Source: Oscillospiraceae bacterium (GTDB lineage: Bacteria; Bacillota; Clostridia; Oscillospirales; Oscillospiraceae). Taken from it: 64,000 nucleotides of DNA. The stretch lies in the NCBI GenBank assembly GCA_017547505.1, contig JAFYPO010000038.1, positions 1 through 64,000 of the forward strand. Reading direction: 5' to 3'. The notes under the pieces were generated by a model. The model saw only the letters and a program-made list of their open reading frames with translations. It was not told the origin of the DNA and did no database searches. A program made the translations under genes and the position numbers. Of this stretch, positions 36,006-45,860 are shown piece by piece (position 1 is the first letter of the stretch; every line of letters starts with the position of its first letter).

Positions 36006-36267
36006 CAAGGATACCTCCAATCTGTTCTTCGTTGTCCAGGACATAGACCTGGAAGCCCAACCTACGCAAAAGCGTGTGGCGGGAGGTCTGCAATGCCCGT
36101 GGCTTTTTGCCGGGAGCCTTGACTTCCACAAAAGCCATACGGCCCCCTGGCAAAAGAACTATTCGGTCGGGCATCCCATCAAATCCTGGAGAAACGAACT
36201 TCGGACAGATGCCGCCTTGCTTTTTTACCATCAGCGTTAATTTACGCTCGATTGTTTTTTCTCTCAT
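35986..36267 (-). CDS. VRR-NUC nuclease
   Basis: E..IE, G.PDR, FVEVK.PG, LQ. Confidence 0.9.
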   Translation of the reverse strand: MREKTIERKLTLMVKKQGGICPKFVSPGFDGMPDRIVLLPGGRMAFVEVKAPGKKPRALQTSRHTLLRRLGFQVYVLDNEEQIGGILDEIRTA

Positions 36268-36297
36268 AATGCTTTCTCCTATAGGGATTTATGGTCT

Positions 36298-36404
36298 GGG
36301 TAGACCTCGTTGAATGTCATTTACTAAACTCTTTCTTATGGATTTTTTTATAAAAATTTCCCCTAAGAGAACTTTTTGTAAATGACCTTAATAGAGGTCT
36401 ACCC
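36298..36404. repeat. Long imperfect palindrome after primase (candidate origin)
   Basis: GGGTAGACCTC/GAGGTCTACCC outer arms, GTCATTTAC/GTAAATGAC inner arms, AT-rich centre. Confidence 0.65.
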
Positions 36405-36413
36405 AGAAGTGGT

Positions 36414-38690
36414 TTAGGACAGGAAATCCTCGTCCGCATCGGTGTCAGGCTTCAGCCTCAGTCCTGCAAAGTATCGCTTGCCCTTTGCGGAAATGCGTCT
36501 GAACCCCGCACCATCCATTGCGGTGTAGAAATCTGCCGTGCTGCGGACATACTCGTTGGTATCCATGCAATGATTGCGGTACGCCTGGTACAAGGCGCTG
36601 GAACTTTCACGGTAGGCGTTGCCAATCTCGCACTTCTCATCGAGGAAGTTGCCGAACCAGTCATTCTGGCTGCGGTAATCATCGATGGCTTTCTGCACGG
36701 TAGCCGGAACCGGGAACTTGTACCCAAGGTCGATGACCTTCTTGGCACCTTCGATAACCCAGGCCAGAATGCTCTCTCCGGCATTCTGGTAGAGGTAGTC
36801 ACCGTAGTTCTTAATATCGCTGTTACCCTCAATCTTGGCGTTAAAGGGAATGACGATCAGACGGCGCCAGGTGCCATCATCGGATGCGCTGACCTTGGGC
36901 AGATGGTTGGTGTACAGCACAAGGCTGTGGCTAGGAGAAAAGCTGAAGGGATCTTTGTACTTCTTTTCCGCAAAGATGTCATCGGTGGAGCAGAGCTGCT
37001 TGACGGTGGAATCATTCAGTCGAGCGCCTTCCTGCATCTCGGCGGCAATGAGCAAACGCTTGCCCTTGACCTCTGCCATTTCCGGCTTCACATTGCGGCG
37101 GCATCCGAAGGTGAGCGTGTCAGCGGAGATGTTACCGCTGTACAGACCAAGGACACGGGACACGGAGTTCCAGAAGGTGGACTTACCGTTACGGCCACAG
37201 CCGTATGCGATGATGAGGGCTTCGACCTCGACTTTGCCGATGGCGGCAAGACCGCAGATCATCTGCACATAGTCGATGAGTTCCTTGTCACCGCAGAAGA
37301 TAGTGTCCAGGCAGTCGAGCCAAATCTGTCTGCCACGGTCACCGGGAGAAACGGTAGTGGTCTTGGTAATGAAGTCTTCCGGAGAATGCTCCCTTGCGCC
37401 CGCCATACCGAGACGGAGGTCATAGGTGGCATCGGGGGTGCAGAGCAAGTAAGGGTTAGCGTCCAGATCCTGCGGAGTAATTTCGAGCATAGGGCGGGAC
37501 TCCTTCAGCGTTGCGGTGATGTTCTTGGATGCACGGCGCTGAATGACATAGGACTGATATGCCTTTGCAGACAGGAATGCCTGGTATGCCTCCAACTGCT
37601 CATCACTCATCATGCCTTCTGCCTTGGCTTTGCTGTTGTTGTCCAGAATCTCCTGGGCACCGCATTCCTTGAGGGTTGCAAGAGCAGCCATCATATCGGA
37701 AGATGCTTCTTTTAGCTGACGGCGGGTCAGTTCGTGAGCCACAGCCTGTGCACCGGGTTCGGTTTCCTGCCAGTATCGACCGTTGTAACGGATGTAGTGG
37801 GTTGCCGGAGAATAACGCAGTTCTCCGGAGAAATGCTTTGCCAGAACCTCTGCCTGTCCCACATCGGAGAAATCGTCCGGTTTATAGGATGTATCATCGT
37901 TATATAATTCGGGAGGAACATATCCGTCCTGCTGCTGAACCTTGGCATAGAACTTCTGGGCGCTGTGCCAAATGGTCATCAGTTCCTGCTGTTCTAGAGG
38001 AGGGGTGCATTTTTCTGCCTCTTCCATAAAGCAGTTGAACGCTTCTTCGCTGTCACCGTATTTCTTGATGACGCGACCGGCAAAACGGGACATGGTAGCG
38101 TTACGGCTACCTTCCATGATGGTCTGTGTGCCACCGTGGGTACCGCCGGGCATATCCGCATCAAAGTCATCTGCGGATAAATATTCGCTCAAGGTCATCT
38201 CGCCGGGAAAAATCTCCACTTGGGGATCTGCCGTGCCGAAGAAGAAACGGGCTGCATCCAAAGCTTTGGTATCAAAGTACGGAAAGATGGTATTGACCAG
38301 TTTCTTCATTTCGCTGTAGGCTGCCGGGTCGGTCATGCACTCAATGGGAAACAGCACGTGGAACTTGGGACGAGCGGGTTTGCCGTTCTTCTCGCGCATA
38401 TGGAAACGGCTGTAATGGACGGCGAAGGTGATGCCCGGAAACGCAGCCTGGACATCTGCCGGAGTAACCCAATCGGCAGGATTCTCGGAGTGATCATTGT
38501 CGCAGTCCACAGGGAGACAGTCCGAGCCGAGAAAGTTTTCTCCGTTGCGGTAATGGTTCATATACTCGGCACACACATAGTCACGGCTGACGGCGGCGGC
38601 GAGATCCGCAGCGTCCATCACTTCCGTCTTGTGCGGATAGGAGCAGTTGCTGGGTGCGTTGATAAAATCGGCGCTGTACAGAGTAAACAT
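36414..38690 (-). CDS. Primase-helicase, P4/D5 family (primpol, PriCT, SF3 helicase)
   Basis: DCDND and H motifs, EGSRN, G.G.NGKST, TNHLP, WRR...IPF. Confidence 0.92.
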   Translation of the reverse strand: MFTLYSADFINAPSNCSYPHKTEVMDAADLAAAVSRDYVCAEYMNHYRNGENFLGSDCLPVDCDNDHSENPADWVTPADVQAAFPGITFAVHYSRFHMREKNGKPARPKFHVLFPIECMTDPAAYSEMKKLVNTIFPYFDTKALDAARFFFGTADPQVEIFPGEMTLSEYLSADDFDADMPGGTHGGTQTIMEGSRNATMSRFAGRVIKKYGDSEEAFNCFMEEAEKCTPPLEQQELMTIWHSAQKFYAKVQQQDGYVPPELYNDDTSYKPDDFSDVGQAEVLAKHFSGELRYSPATHYIRYNGRYWQETEPGAQAVAHELTRRQLKEASSDMMAALATLKECGAQEILDNNSKAKAEGMMSDEQLEAYQAFLSAKAYQSYVIQRRASKNITATLKESRPMLEITPQDLDANPYLLCTPDATYDLRLGMAGAREHSPEDFITKTTTVSPGDRGRQIWLDCLDTIFCGDKELIDYVQMICGLAAIGKVEVEALIIAYGCGRNGKSTFWNSVSRVLGLYSGNISADTLTFGCRRNVKPEMAEVKGKRLLIAAEMQEGARLNDSTVKQLCSTDDIFAEKKYKDPFSFSPSHSLVLYTNHLPKVSASDDGTWRRLIVIPFNAKIEGNSDIKNYGDYLYQNAGESILAWVIEGAKKVIDLGYKFPVPATVQKAIDDYRSQNDWFGNFLDEKCEIGNAYRESSSALYQAYRNHCMDTNEYVRSTADFYTAMDGAGFRRISAKGKRYFAGLRLKPDTDADEDFLS

Positions 38691-39013
38691 CAGTCATACA
38701 CCTCCTTGGCACCGTCCTCTAGGACTTTCGTTATAAACTTGAGCGCACGGATCATTGTTTCCAATTCACAGTCACCGCCCAGAAGAAGTTCAACCCCTTC
38801 GTTGTTATCTCTACCAAGAGGGTTCACACGAATGAATGTGTTACCATTGTTCTTGATACGGATGTAGGTGCGGCTGCCATGTCCTGCATCACCACCATGA
38901 TAGCCGTTAGTGCCGGCCTCCACTTCCAGAAGATTTGCGCTAATGATTTCTCTGGTAAAAGTGGTGACGTCTTTTCCATAAATCTTTCTGGTTCCTTCAG
39001 TTATTGCAAACAT
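38690..39013 (-). CDS. Conserved hypothetical phage protein
   Basis: EVEAGTNG..GGD.GHG.RT, GD.EL; AAGGAGG RBS. Confidence 0.75.
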   Translation of the reverse strand: MFAITEGTRKIYGKDVTTFTREIISANLLEVEAGTNGYHGGDAGHGSRTYIRIKNNGNTFIRVNPLGRDNNEGVELLLGGDCELETMIRALKFITKVLEDGAKEVYD

Positions 39014-39434
39014 TGTGTACCTCCTTAAAATCATCAGTGAAATAGCGCAAGCGGTAGTTCTTCCACTTGGCTCTGCGGATTTCTGCTTCCATGCCTGCCG
39101 AGATGCGGTCACCAAAGACCCAGACCTCAGAGCATTTGCTCATAAGGGCATTGCCAAAGAACAGCCCCAGTTGACGTTCCTTGGGATTACTGTCATTGAG
39201 AAACTGCGGAAACAGCAGATGCGGTGCGACAGGGATATAGCCTTTGTCCACGGCGAAGCGGCTGTATTTCCGAGCATTTTCGACATTCTCCGACACATCC
39301 CCGGCATAGGGTGAGCAGATGTAAACGATGGGACGGAAGGCACGGAGCGCCCGTTCTTCCTTTTCTACGGCAGTCATTGCCTCATAAGCGGTGGGATCGT
39401 AATACCCCTCGCTGTTGAACTTGTTTATACTCAT
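38997..39434 (-). CDS. DUF4406-like nucleoside deoxyribosyltransferase-fold protein
   Basis: VYICSPY.G, PHL.FPQF, C.E.WVFG..IS.GM..EI. Confidence 0.8.
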   Translation of the reverse strand: MSINKFNSEGYYDPTAYEAMTAVEKEERALRAFRPIVYICSPYAGDVSENVENARKYSRFAVDKGYIPVAPHLLFPQFLNDSNPKERQLGLFFGNALMSKCSEVWVFGDRISAGMEAEIRRAKWKNYRLRYFTDDFKEVHNVCNN

Positions 39435-39446
39435 GGATTTACCTCG

Positions 39447-41387
39447 TTAATCTTTCTTATAAAAATCAGTCTCATAGCCATCTGCACGAAGCTGTAAGCC
39501 CTTCGCCCAAGGTGGGGTTCTGCCCATCTGGTCGCAGACTGCCTGCAAGGACATCCGGCGGTCGGCTTCAATGACCACTTCGTCATGGATGTGCATTACG
39601 ATAGAACAGTTTCGGAGTGTGGTCATGGCATAGCAGAGAATGTCACGGGCAGTTGCCTGTACAATGTTCTCCACAAACTTGGGGCCGTAGCTGTCCAAGC
39701 GTTCCCACTTTTTCGTGCCGCCGACACCCTCGTAGGTGATACAGTCACCACCGAATTTATTGGTGCCGATCTTGGGCTTAACATAGGCAAGCTGTCTGCC
39801 GGACGGGAGCGTGATGAACAGCATTCCACTTCTGCAGGAGAAGGTAATGCCGTGGGTTTCGTTGGTGTGCTTGAAGCGGACAGCCTCCATAGCGGCGCGG
39901 TCAACATCCCACCACAGTTTTGTGATATTGGGATTGGCCTGTCTCCAGGCATCAACCAGGGGTGGCAGTTCTTCTTCGGTTAGCCCCATTTCCAAAGCAC
40001 CCATAGCTTTCAATGCACCGACTGAGCCGCCGTAGCCGAGAGCCAGTTCCGCGATTTTGCCTTTCTGACGCAGGTGTCCGTTAATGCCGTGCTTTTCCAC
40101 GGGAACACCAAACATCTGGGATGCGGAGGCACAATAGATGTCCTTACCCTCTGCAAAGACCTTCTGCCGCCATTCTTCTCCGGCAAGCCATGCGATGACA
40201 CGGGCTTCGATAGCCGAGAAGTCGGCAACGATCAGCTTGCGTTCATCCTGGGGAACGAATGCGGTGCGGATCAGCTGTGACAGCGTATCCGGTACATCTT
40301 CGTAGAGCATCTCCACACCCTCAAAATCACCGCAGCGGACAAGACCGCGGGCTTCGGCAAGGTCATCCAAGTGGTTCTGCGGAAGATTCTGCATCTGAAT
40401 GATGCGACCCGCCCATCGACCTGTGCGGTTTGCACCGTAGAATTGGAACATACCTCTGGCACGACCATCCGCACAGACAGCGGTCTCCATTGCCTGGTAC
40501 TTCTTCACCGAGGACTTGGCAAGCTGCTGACGAAGGGTCAGTACCGTCTGTAATTCCGGTGGTGCGGACTTCAGCATTTCAGCAACAGCCTTTTTGCCGA
40601 GGGTGTCAGTTTCCATACCGTTAATGGACAGCCATCCCTTCATCTGCTGCACGGAGTTTGGGTTCTCCAATGCGGTCAGATCCTTCATTGCTTGGGTCAG
40701 TTCGGAGCGAGAGCGCCCATCCATCTGAATGGCTTGGCGCACCAGTTCCATATCCAGAGCAACACCACGGTCATTGATTTCCTGGTCGATATGGTATTCG
40801 TCCCATACGCTGTCCGGCACGGGGTACTTGGCAAGCCGAGCCTGAATGGACATTTCTGTTTCCACATCTCGGATGTTGTACTTTTTGAAGGCCAACCACT
40901 TATCCGGAGCGTGAGCAGGAAGATTGCGGGTACGCTGTCCGTTGGTTTTGGTGGGCGCACAGGGCTGACAGAAATATTTGATGAGTTCCTTACCCTCGGT
41001 CAGTTTCTGCTTTTCAAGTCCAAGCACGACACCAACACCCTCAAGGGACAGAGGAAGACCCATCGTAGCTGCCCAAATCATGGAGCAGCGCCAGGATTCC
41101 GGGTTAAGGTAATCCCCGGTGGGATACCCCAGATGCCGGGAGAGACAGATGCGTTCAAAGTTTGCATTGAAAGCCCATTTGATAACGGAATCATCCGTCA
41201 GCGCTGCAATGATATCGGTGGGGATATCCTCACCACAGGCGAGGTCGACCAACTGAACCGGGCTGCCGTCAACGCTGTAAGCAAATAAAAGTATTTGAAA
41301 TTCGGGAGACTCTACATAACGGTACACGCCGGTCTTCGCCAGGTTCTGATCACTGTAGGTCTCGATATCAATTGATAAAGATTTCAT
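39447..41387 (-). CDS. polA: Phage family A DNA polymerase with 3'-5' exonuclease
   Basis: DIET, FN..FE, RTGR, ADFSAIEAR (motif A), K...L...YG (B), HDE (C). Confidence 0.95.
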   Translation of the reverse strand: MKSLSIDIETYSDQNLAKTGVYRYVESPEFQILLFAYSVDGSPVQLVDLACGEDIPTDIIAALTDDSVIKWAFNANFERICLSRHLGYPTGDYLNPESWRCSMIWAATMGLPLSLEGVGVVLGLEKQKLTEGKELIKYFCQPCAPTKTNGQRTRNLPAHAPDKWLAFKKYNIRDVETEMSIQARLAKYPVPDSVWDEYHIDQEINDRGVALDMELVRQAIQMDGRSRSELTQAMKDLTALENPNSVQQMKGWLSINGMETDTLGKKAVAEMLKSAPPELQTVLTLRQQLAKSSVKKYQAMETAVCADGRARGMFQFYGANRTGRWAGRIIQMQNLPQNHLDDLAEARGLVRCGDFEGVEMLYEDVPDTLSQLIRTAFVPQDERKLIVADFSAIEARVIAWLAGEEWRQKVFAEGKDIYCASASQMFGVPVEKHGINGHLRQKGKIAELALGYGGSVGALKAMGALEMGLTEEELPPLVDAWRQANPNITKLWWDVDRAAMEAVRFKHTNETHGITFSCRSGMLFITLPSGRQLAYVKPKIGTNKFGGDCITYEGVGGTKKWERLDSYGPKFVENIVQATARDILCYAMTTLRNCSIVMHIHDEVVIEADRRMSLQAVCDQMGRTPPWAKGLQLRADGYETDFYKKD

Positions 41388-41453
41388 GGTCACCATTCCT
41401 TTCGCATACCCCAATAGGGCGGCAGATTGCTCCACCGCCCAGGGGCTCGATAC

Positions 41454-41642
41454 TTACTTATTCAGCAGGTTCTCCATGCGCTTGTTATGGTATTCCTTGT
41501 CGCGTTCAGCCTGAGCCAGTTCACGCTTTTCGCGCTTGCGGTCATAGATGAAGGACTGGATGGCGGTGATCAGCGTGAGGACGCTGAAGCAGAGCCAGAT
41601 GGTGAGCAGGACACATACAAGGATTGTCTGAAGAGTAGTCAT
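41454..41642 (-). CDS. Small single-TM protein
   Basis: AGGAGG RBS; hydrophobic N-half, charged C-half. Confidence 0.7.
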   Translation of the reverse strand: MTTLQTILVCVLLTIWLCFSVLTLITAIQSFIYDRKREKRELAQAERDKEYHNKRMENLLNK

Positions 41643-41662
41643 TGTTTTTTACCTCCTTTGGC

Positions 41663-42238
41663 TTAGTTGAGGAAATCATCCTCGGCATCGGTTGCGAAAT
41701 CGGACTCGGCGCTTGCCTTGCCACCCAGGGGTTCACCGGCACGGATCAGCTGAAGGTTGTTCAGACCGCAGGCAATGCCCTTGTTGCCGTTGGAGTTGAA
41801 GGCATAGAAGTTGATGCTTGCACGGCCGTACACACCGGAGTAAACCTCGGAGCGGGTCAGAACAGGATTGCGGTCAACGTCAACGATACCGGGAGCGGTG
41901 GCGGAGTTGGCATTGACGAAGTAAGCGTTGGCATAGGCGGGGTCATCGGGTCTCTCCACATCACCGTCGCGCAGGGGGTTCTTAATGGCTGCGAGAGGAG
42001 GTACGGAACGGCCGTTGCCCTTCAGCTTGGCCTGACCCTCCTGGTAGGCAGCTTCAATAGCCGCCTTGATCTTTGCGACCGTCTTGGTGTCGGACTTGGG
42101 GATGATGAGGCTGACGCTGTACTTGGCTGCGCCGCCGTTGATGGACTTAGGCTCCCAGACGTTGGCATAAGACCAACGGGTGTCGGGACCGGTGATAACC
42201 TTCATGGGATTGGTAACTCTGTTTGCATTGTTAGACAT
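41663..42238 (-). CDS. DUF2815 single-stranded DNA-binding protein
   Basis: R.SY..VWEP, PLRDGD, YSG.Y, G..CGLNN.Q, acidic tail. Confidence 0.9.
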   Translation of the reverse strand: MSNNANRVTNPMKVITGPDTRWSYANVWEPKSINGGAAKYSVSLIIPKSDTKTVAKIKAAIEAAYQEGQAKLKGNGRSVPPLAAIKNPLRDGDVERPDDPAYANAYFVNANSATAPGIVDVDRNPVLTRSEVYSGVYGRASINFYAFNSNGNKGIACGLNNLQLIRAGEPLGGKASAESDFATDAEDDFLN

Positions 42239-42239
42239 A

Positions 42240-43367
42240 TTAAAATTCCTCCATAAAATCGTTTTTGGCTGTATTCATTGCCGGACGTTTATCGCTCTCC
42301 GGCACGAGCGTGGGTTTACCTTGAGGTTTTTCAATGTAGGGTGCGAGAAGTTCCTCAAAGTGGGTCTTACCCAGCAGTTTCTGCATGGCGGTAACACCGA
42401 GGACTTTTCGCTCATACGGGTCGAAGCCTGCGCCCTCTACGGTGGCGGCTACGGCGGCTTCACTGGTGTACTTGCGGTTGGAACGACCCTCGACCAGTTT
42501 CCAGCCGGTCCATTCTTTACCGCTGACTGCCTGTTGAAGGGCATATTCCTTTACATCGGATGCCCAAGCGGTCAGTGCATCGACCTTGCCGAGGATGTCG
42601 GCAATCTCCTCATCATCCAGGAGTGCGGGAGCCTGGAACTCATACCGGGCAAGAGCCAGGTTGGCTTCGGCTCGTTCTCTGCATTCGGCCTTTGCCTTGC
42701 AGAACCGGCACCATTCGCCACAGCTGAATGCCCCTTGACCTTCGTAAGCCAACTGCGCCTTCTGGATCAGTTCCGTGTCTGCCCATTTGAGCAGCTCGTC
42801 CTTGGGCATCTCAAAGATGCTGATATTGGACTTCCGGGGCTGATAGATGGTCATGCGGACGGTGTCAAGGTCATAGATGCCATCGAAGATTTCCAGGGCA
42901 CCCAAGGCATAGAGCATCATCTGGGGATTGTGGTCGGCACTGACTTCGATTCCGGCACCGTACTTGAGATCCACTATGTTCAGCAGACCTTCTGCGATGC
43001 AGATACAGTCACCGGTGCCAAAGCCGCCGGGAACCCAACGGGAGAAGTTCACCCTCTGCTCAATCATGACCACAGGGTCGGAGCAGTTCTGTTTTGCGGT
43101 CTCCAGGAGTTCCACCACATAGGCGGCATACCCCTGGGCGCAGTCTTCCATCTCAGCGTTGTACCAGGTGAGGTTCTCGACCGGATCATCGGTGGGAATG
43201 CCCAGAGCCTGCTTGAGGCGGGTTTCCGCTAACGTGTGGGCATCACTACCTTCGGCAGCGTAGTCACTGCCTTTGTCCTCGTAGGCTTCGCAGAGCCTTG
43301 CGGAGGGTGGGCAGTTCAGCCACCTTTCGGATGAGGATGCGGACAGAACCGCGTGTTTAGTTGCCAT
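42240..43367 (-). CDS. DUF2800 Cas4-like PD-(D/E)XK exonuclease
   Basis: HA.LS.SS..RW..CP, FGT.D, D.KYG, Q...YALG, C.FC.....C. Confidence 0.9.
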   Translation of the reverse strand: MATKHAVLSASSSERWLNCPPSARLCEAYEDKGSDYAAEGSDAHTLAETRLKQALGIPTDDPVENLTWYNAEMEDCAQGYAAYVVELLETAKQNCSDPVVMIEQRVNFSRWVPGGFGTGDCICIAEGLLNIVDLKYGAGIEVSADHNPQMMLYALGALEIFDGIYDLDTVRMTIYQPRKSNISIFEMPKDELLKWADTELIQKAQLAYEGQGAFSCGEWCRFCKAKAECRERAEANLALARYEFQAPALLDDEEIADILGKVDALTAWASDVKEYALQQAVSGKEWTGWKLVEGRSNRKYTSEAAVAATVEGAGFDPYERKVLGVTAMQKLLGKTHFEELLAPYIEKPQGKPTLVPESDKRPAMNTAKNDFMEEF

Positions 43368-43677
43368 TGCCCAGCACCTCCGCTTCGGCAAGCAGTGCCT
43401 TGTAGTTGGCGGGATCGATGCCGGACAGCTTGACTGCACCGTACTTCTGAAGCAGAGAACGGATCTCAGCTGTGAAGCCCATACGGGACTTGTCCGCAAG
43501 CACGGCTCTGACCTGTTCCAGGGTCAGTACGGGTTCGGCAGGGGCGGCAGCGGTAGGGGCTTCTTCAGCCGACGCGGTGCTGAACATCTCTGCCAGGGTG
43601 TTTGCCACTTCATTAATAGTGGCTGCGGCGCTGCGCAGGTCCTTGATTGCCAGTTCCAATTCGCTGATTCTGCCCAT
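43357..43677 (-). CDS. Conserved phage replication-module protein
   Basis: LE.VR.VLA.KSR.G.T...R.LL.KYG..KLS..D. Confidence 0.75.
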   Translation of the reverse strand: MGRISELELAIKDLRSAAATINEVANTLAEMFSTASAEEAPTAAAPAEPVLTLEQVRAVLADKSRMGFTAEIRSLLQKYGAVKLSGIDPANYKALLAEAEVLGNGN

Positions 43678-43822
43678 TGACGGTGCCTCCTTCCTTGATT
43701 TGCTTCTGCTTCATGGTGCGGTTGATACTTTTTGCCAGGTTTGCTGCGACGATGATGAAGTCCAGAAGGATATCAACCAGTTCCTCGTCGGGATTCATCG
43801 TCTTGTTTTCGGACTCGTACAT
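43613..43822 (-). CDS. Hypothetical small protein
   Basis: GGAGGTG RBS; first gene after the 36-bp repeat. Confidence 0.6.
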   Translation of the reverse strand: MYESENKTMNPDEELVDILLDFIIVAANLAKSINRTMKQKQIKEGGTVNGQNQRIGTGNQGPAQRRSHY

Positions 43823-43865
43823 TCTTTGTCACCTCCCGTAATCGGCGGTATCGTTTTGCCTCTTA

Positions 43866-43901
43866 CACTTGCCACCGGACACGGGATTGCCGTTTGGTCC
43901 C
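43866..43901 (-). promoter_or_regulatory. 36-bp repeat, copy 2 (putative phage-sigma promoter)
   Basis: Immediately after the sigma gene stop; 34/36 identical to 6614-6649. Confidence 0.65.
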
Positions 43902-43905
43902 CAAA

Positions 43906-44415
43906 TCAGAGAAAATTTTTTAGAGAATTTTTCAGATGGGTCAGGACTTTGTCCCTACGGTATAAAAAGGCTTTTCGGGAGATGTTTAACGATGCAGCCG
44001 CAGCACGTTCGGAAAGGTCTGCCATGATGGTCTTGCAAATTTCCATATCCTCCGGTGTGAGGCCGGCTAAGAGGAGATGCAGTGCGTCAAGCAGTTCCGC
44101 CTCTTCGGCTGCCACATCAACGGCTGCGAAGACGTCCGGGAGATCATCGAGCCAGGCTCTTTCATCACCATCATCGTTCGTGGTGGTGTAATCCAAGGAG
44201 AGGGTGTCTCCCGCTCTGCTGAAGGGGCAAGTCGCACAGTCCATGTCGCAGTCCAGTCTCTTGGCGGCCGGGCACACACAGCGTCCGTGACGTTGCTGCT
44301 TTTTGCGGAAGGCGTCGATGTCGCGGTAGTAGTCGTGGAACTCCTGCTCTGTGCAGGGGATGCGTTCCTTGGTAGAACGCAGATAGATGTAGTGCTGTTT
44401 TTCTTGGTTTGTCAT
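43906..44415 (-). CDS. Sigma-70 region 4 (ECF-like) regulator
   Basis: Cys cluster C..DC..C, SLD linker, L..L......I......SER..A..L.IS......R HTH. Confidence 0.8.
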   Translation of the reverse strand: MTNQEKQHYIYLRSTKERIPCTEQEFHDYYRDIDAFRKKQQRHGRCVCPAAKRLDCDMDCATCPFSRAGDTLSLDYTTTNDDGDERAWLDDLPDVFAAVDVAAEEAELLDALHLLLAGLTPEDMEICKTIMADLSERAAAASLNISRKAFLYRRDKVLTHLKNSLKNFL

Positions 44416-44674
44416 AAAAAATTCCTCCGTTTGACGATTTCTCGAAACGGAGGAATTGGGTCGGCTGCAAAATGGGCGCAGTAAAAGAACCGCAGTCCTT
44501 ACGGAATTTCTCCGTTTCGGAATGCGGCTAACCCGCTCAATGGGCAGCCGTGATATTTAGTTGTCCGCCAGGTACCGTTGAGCCATCAGTGATCAAGTGA
44601 TGCGTTACCAGTCGGTGAGAAAGGGATCTGCCCTTATCTCTGCCTGTAGGATAGCACGAAAAATTTTTCCGTGA

Positions 44675-44691
44675 TGGACACGGCGTGTCCG
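44675..44691. promoter_or_regulatory. Palindromic operator GGACA-N5-TGTCC, copy 1
   Basis: TGGACACGGCGTGTCCG; 15/17 identical to 45861-45877. Confidence 0.6.
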
Positions 44692-44710
44692 GTCAAAACC
44701 CCTACAAAGC

Positions 44711-44757
44711 AAAAAAAGGTCAGAACACGAAGAGCGGTTGCTCTCATGTTCTGACCT
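44711..44757 (-). terminator. Intrinsic terminator after the 343-aa gene
   Basis: AGGTCAGAACA/TGTTCTGACCT stem plus T-run on the minus strand. Confidence 0.75.
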
Positions 44758-44809
44758 AAGTCTACAAGATTTTATTGATTTGTTTTAAGAACGGAAATCG
44801 GGAAAACTC

Positions 44810-45841
44810 TTATGTTCTGGGTAGTTCCATGTCTTTTATCATAACACTATAAATTTTACGCATATAGCGGATGCGGTTGTTGTTCCATTCCTTGGGCTCA
44901 TACATCTTTCGCAAATCATAATGCTCTCTAAAAAATTGCGCCCACTGCGCCCGTGTGGTATATCGTGCAAAGAACTCCGGCATATCCCATTTGCGGACAA
45001 TCTCTGTTGTAATATAGTACTTTGCTGATAAATAGTGCCACAGCTTATCTTGCACCTCGTTCCAATCTGATTCAGAACTGTTGTAAATGGCAGGAACCAG
45101 TTTGGTTCTGTGTAGAACAAAACGGCTCTCCGTATGGAGCATTTGAGTGCAATACGGTGGTAGAGGCATAGAGAGTTCTGCACACAGAGCAGCTAGGCGC
45201 TGAAGCGGCACCTCCTTCGTTGGGATTTTCTCTGCGTTAACCGCGCAGGAATAGAACAGTTCTACGTTATACTTCCATTCCAGCGTAAATAGGGCGACGG
45301 TAGCAAATATTACATCCTCATCAGTCCCATCGAGCATAGCAATCAGCTGGCCAACCATCTTATCATAATCCTGCATATATTCCAAAAAGACAGCATTAGA
45401 GATTTTCTTTACATGGCATATTCTCTTGCTTACGATAGCTTTCAGAAGTGGATGGTCAGCCATGGTATTCAACTCAAAATACTGCATCCGAGTTAGCTTG
45501 TGCCCCGAAAGCTTACCGTCCATGGACTTGACATCCGCAGGAAGTAGACCTGGAATTTCGATGTTGGCACTCTCTTTTACATGAGAAAACTGAAGGTCAC
45601 GGTAGTGCTGTGCATATGCCATATTCCTGCTGTCACGCATTCTTACGTCATCAGCATCGGTACCACGGCTGGCTCTGAGGGATTGCTTTGGCTCCGTCAG
45701 AAAATAAGCATCTTTGAGGATGGACATAATGATGCAGTCGCGCAAATCTTCAATGCCAAAGGGTGATAGATTGTATAACTCTGGCTGTGTAAAAATATTC
45801 GACAGCCTATTATCAATCATCTCAATCATTGTTAACCCCAT
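44810..45841 (-). CDS. Hypothetical 343-aa protein in the immunity region
   Basis: GAGGTG RBS; long ORF; no family recognised. Confidence 0.75.
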   Translation of the reverse strand: MGLTMIEMIDNRLSNIFTQPELYNLSPFGIEDLRDCIIMSILKDAYFLTEPKQSLRASRGTDADDVRMRDSRNMAYAQHYRDLQFSHVKESANIEIPGLLPADVKSMDGKLSGHKLTRMQYFELNTMADHPLLKAIVSKRICHVKKISNAVFLEYMQDYDKMVGQLIAMLDGTDEDVIFATVALFTLEWKYNVELFYSCAVNAEKIPTKEVPLQRLAALCAELSMPLPPYCTQMLHTESRFVLHRTKLVPAIYNSSESDWNEVQDKLWHYLSAKYYITTEIVRKWDMPEFFARYTTRAQWAQFFREHYDLRKMYEPKEWNNNRIRYMRKIYSVMIKDMELPRT

Positions 45842-45860
45842 TTTATCACCTCTAAGACAC

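Noticed and set aside
42240-43367. Cas4-like nuclease as a sign of CRISPR
   Set aside because: Standard DUF2800 phage replication gene; no repeat-spacer array or other cas genes seen
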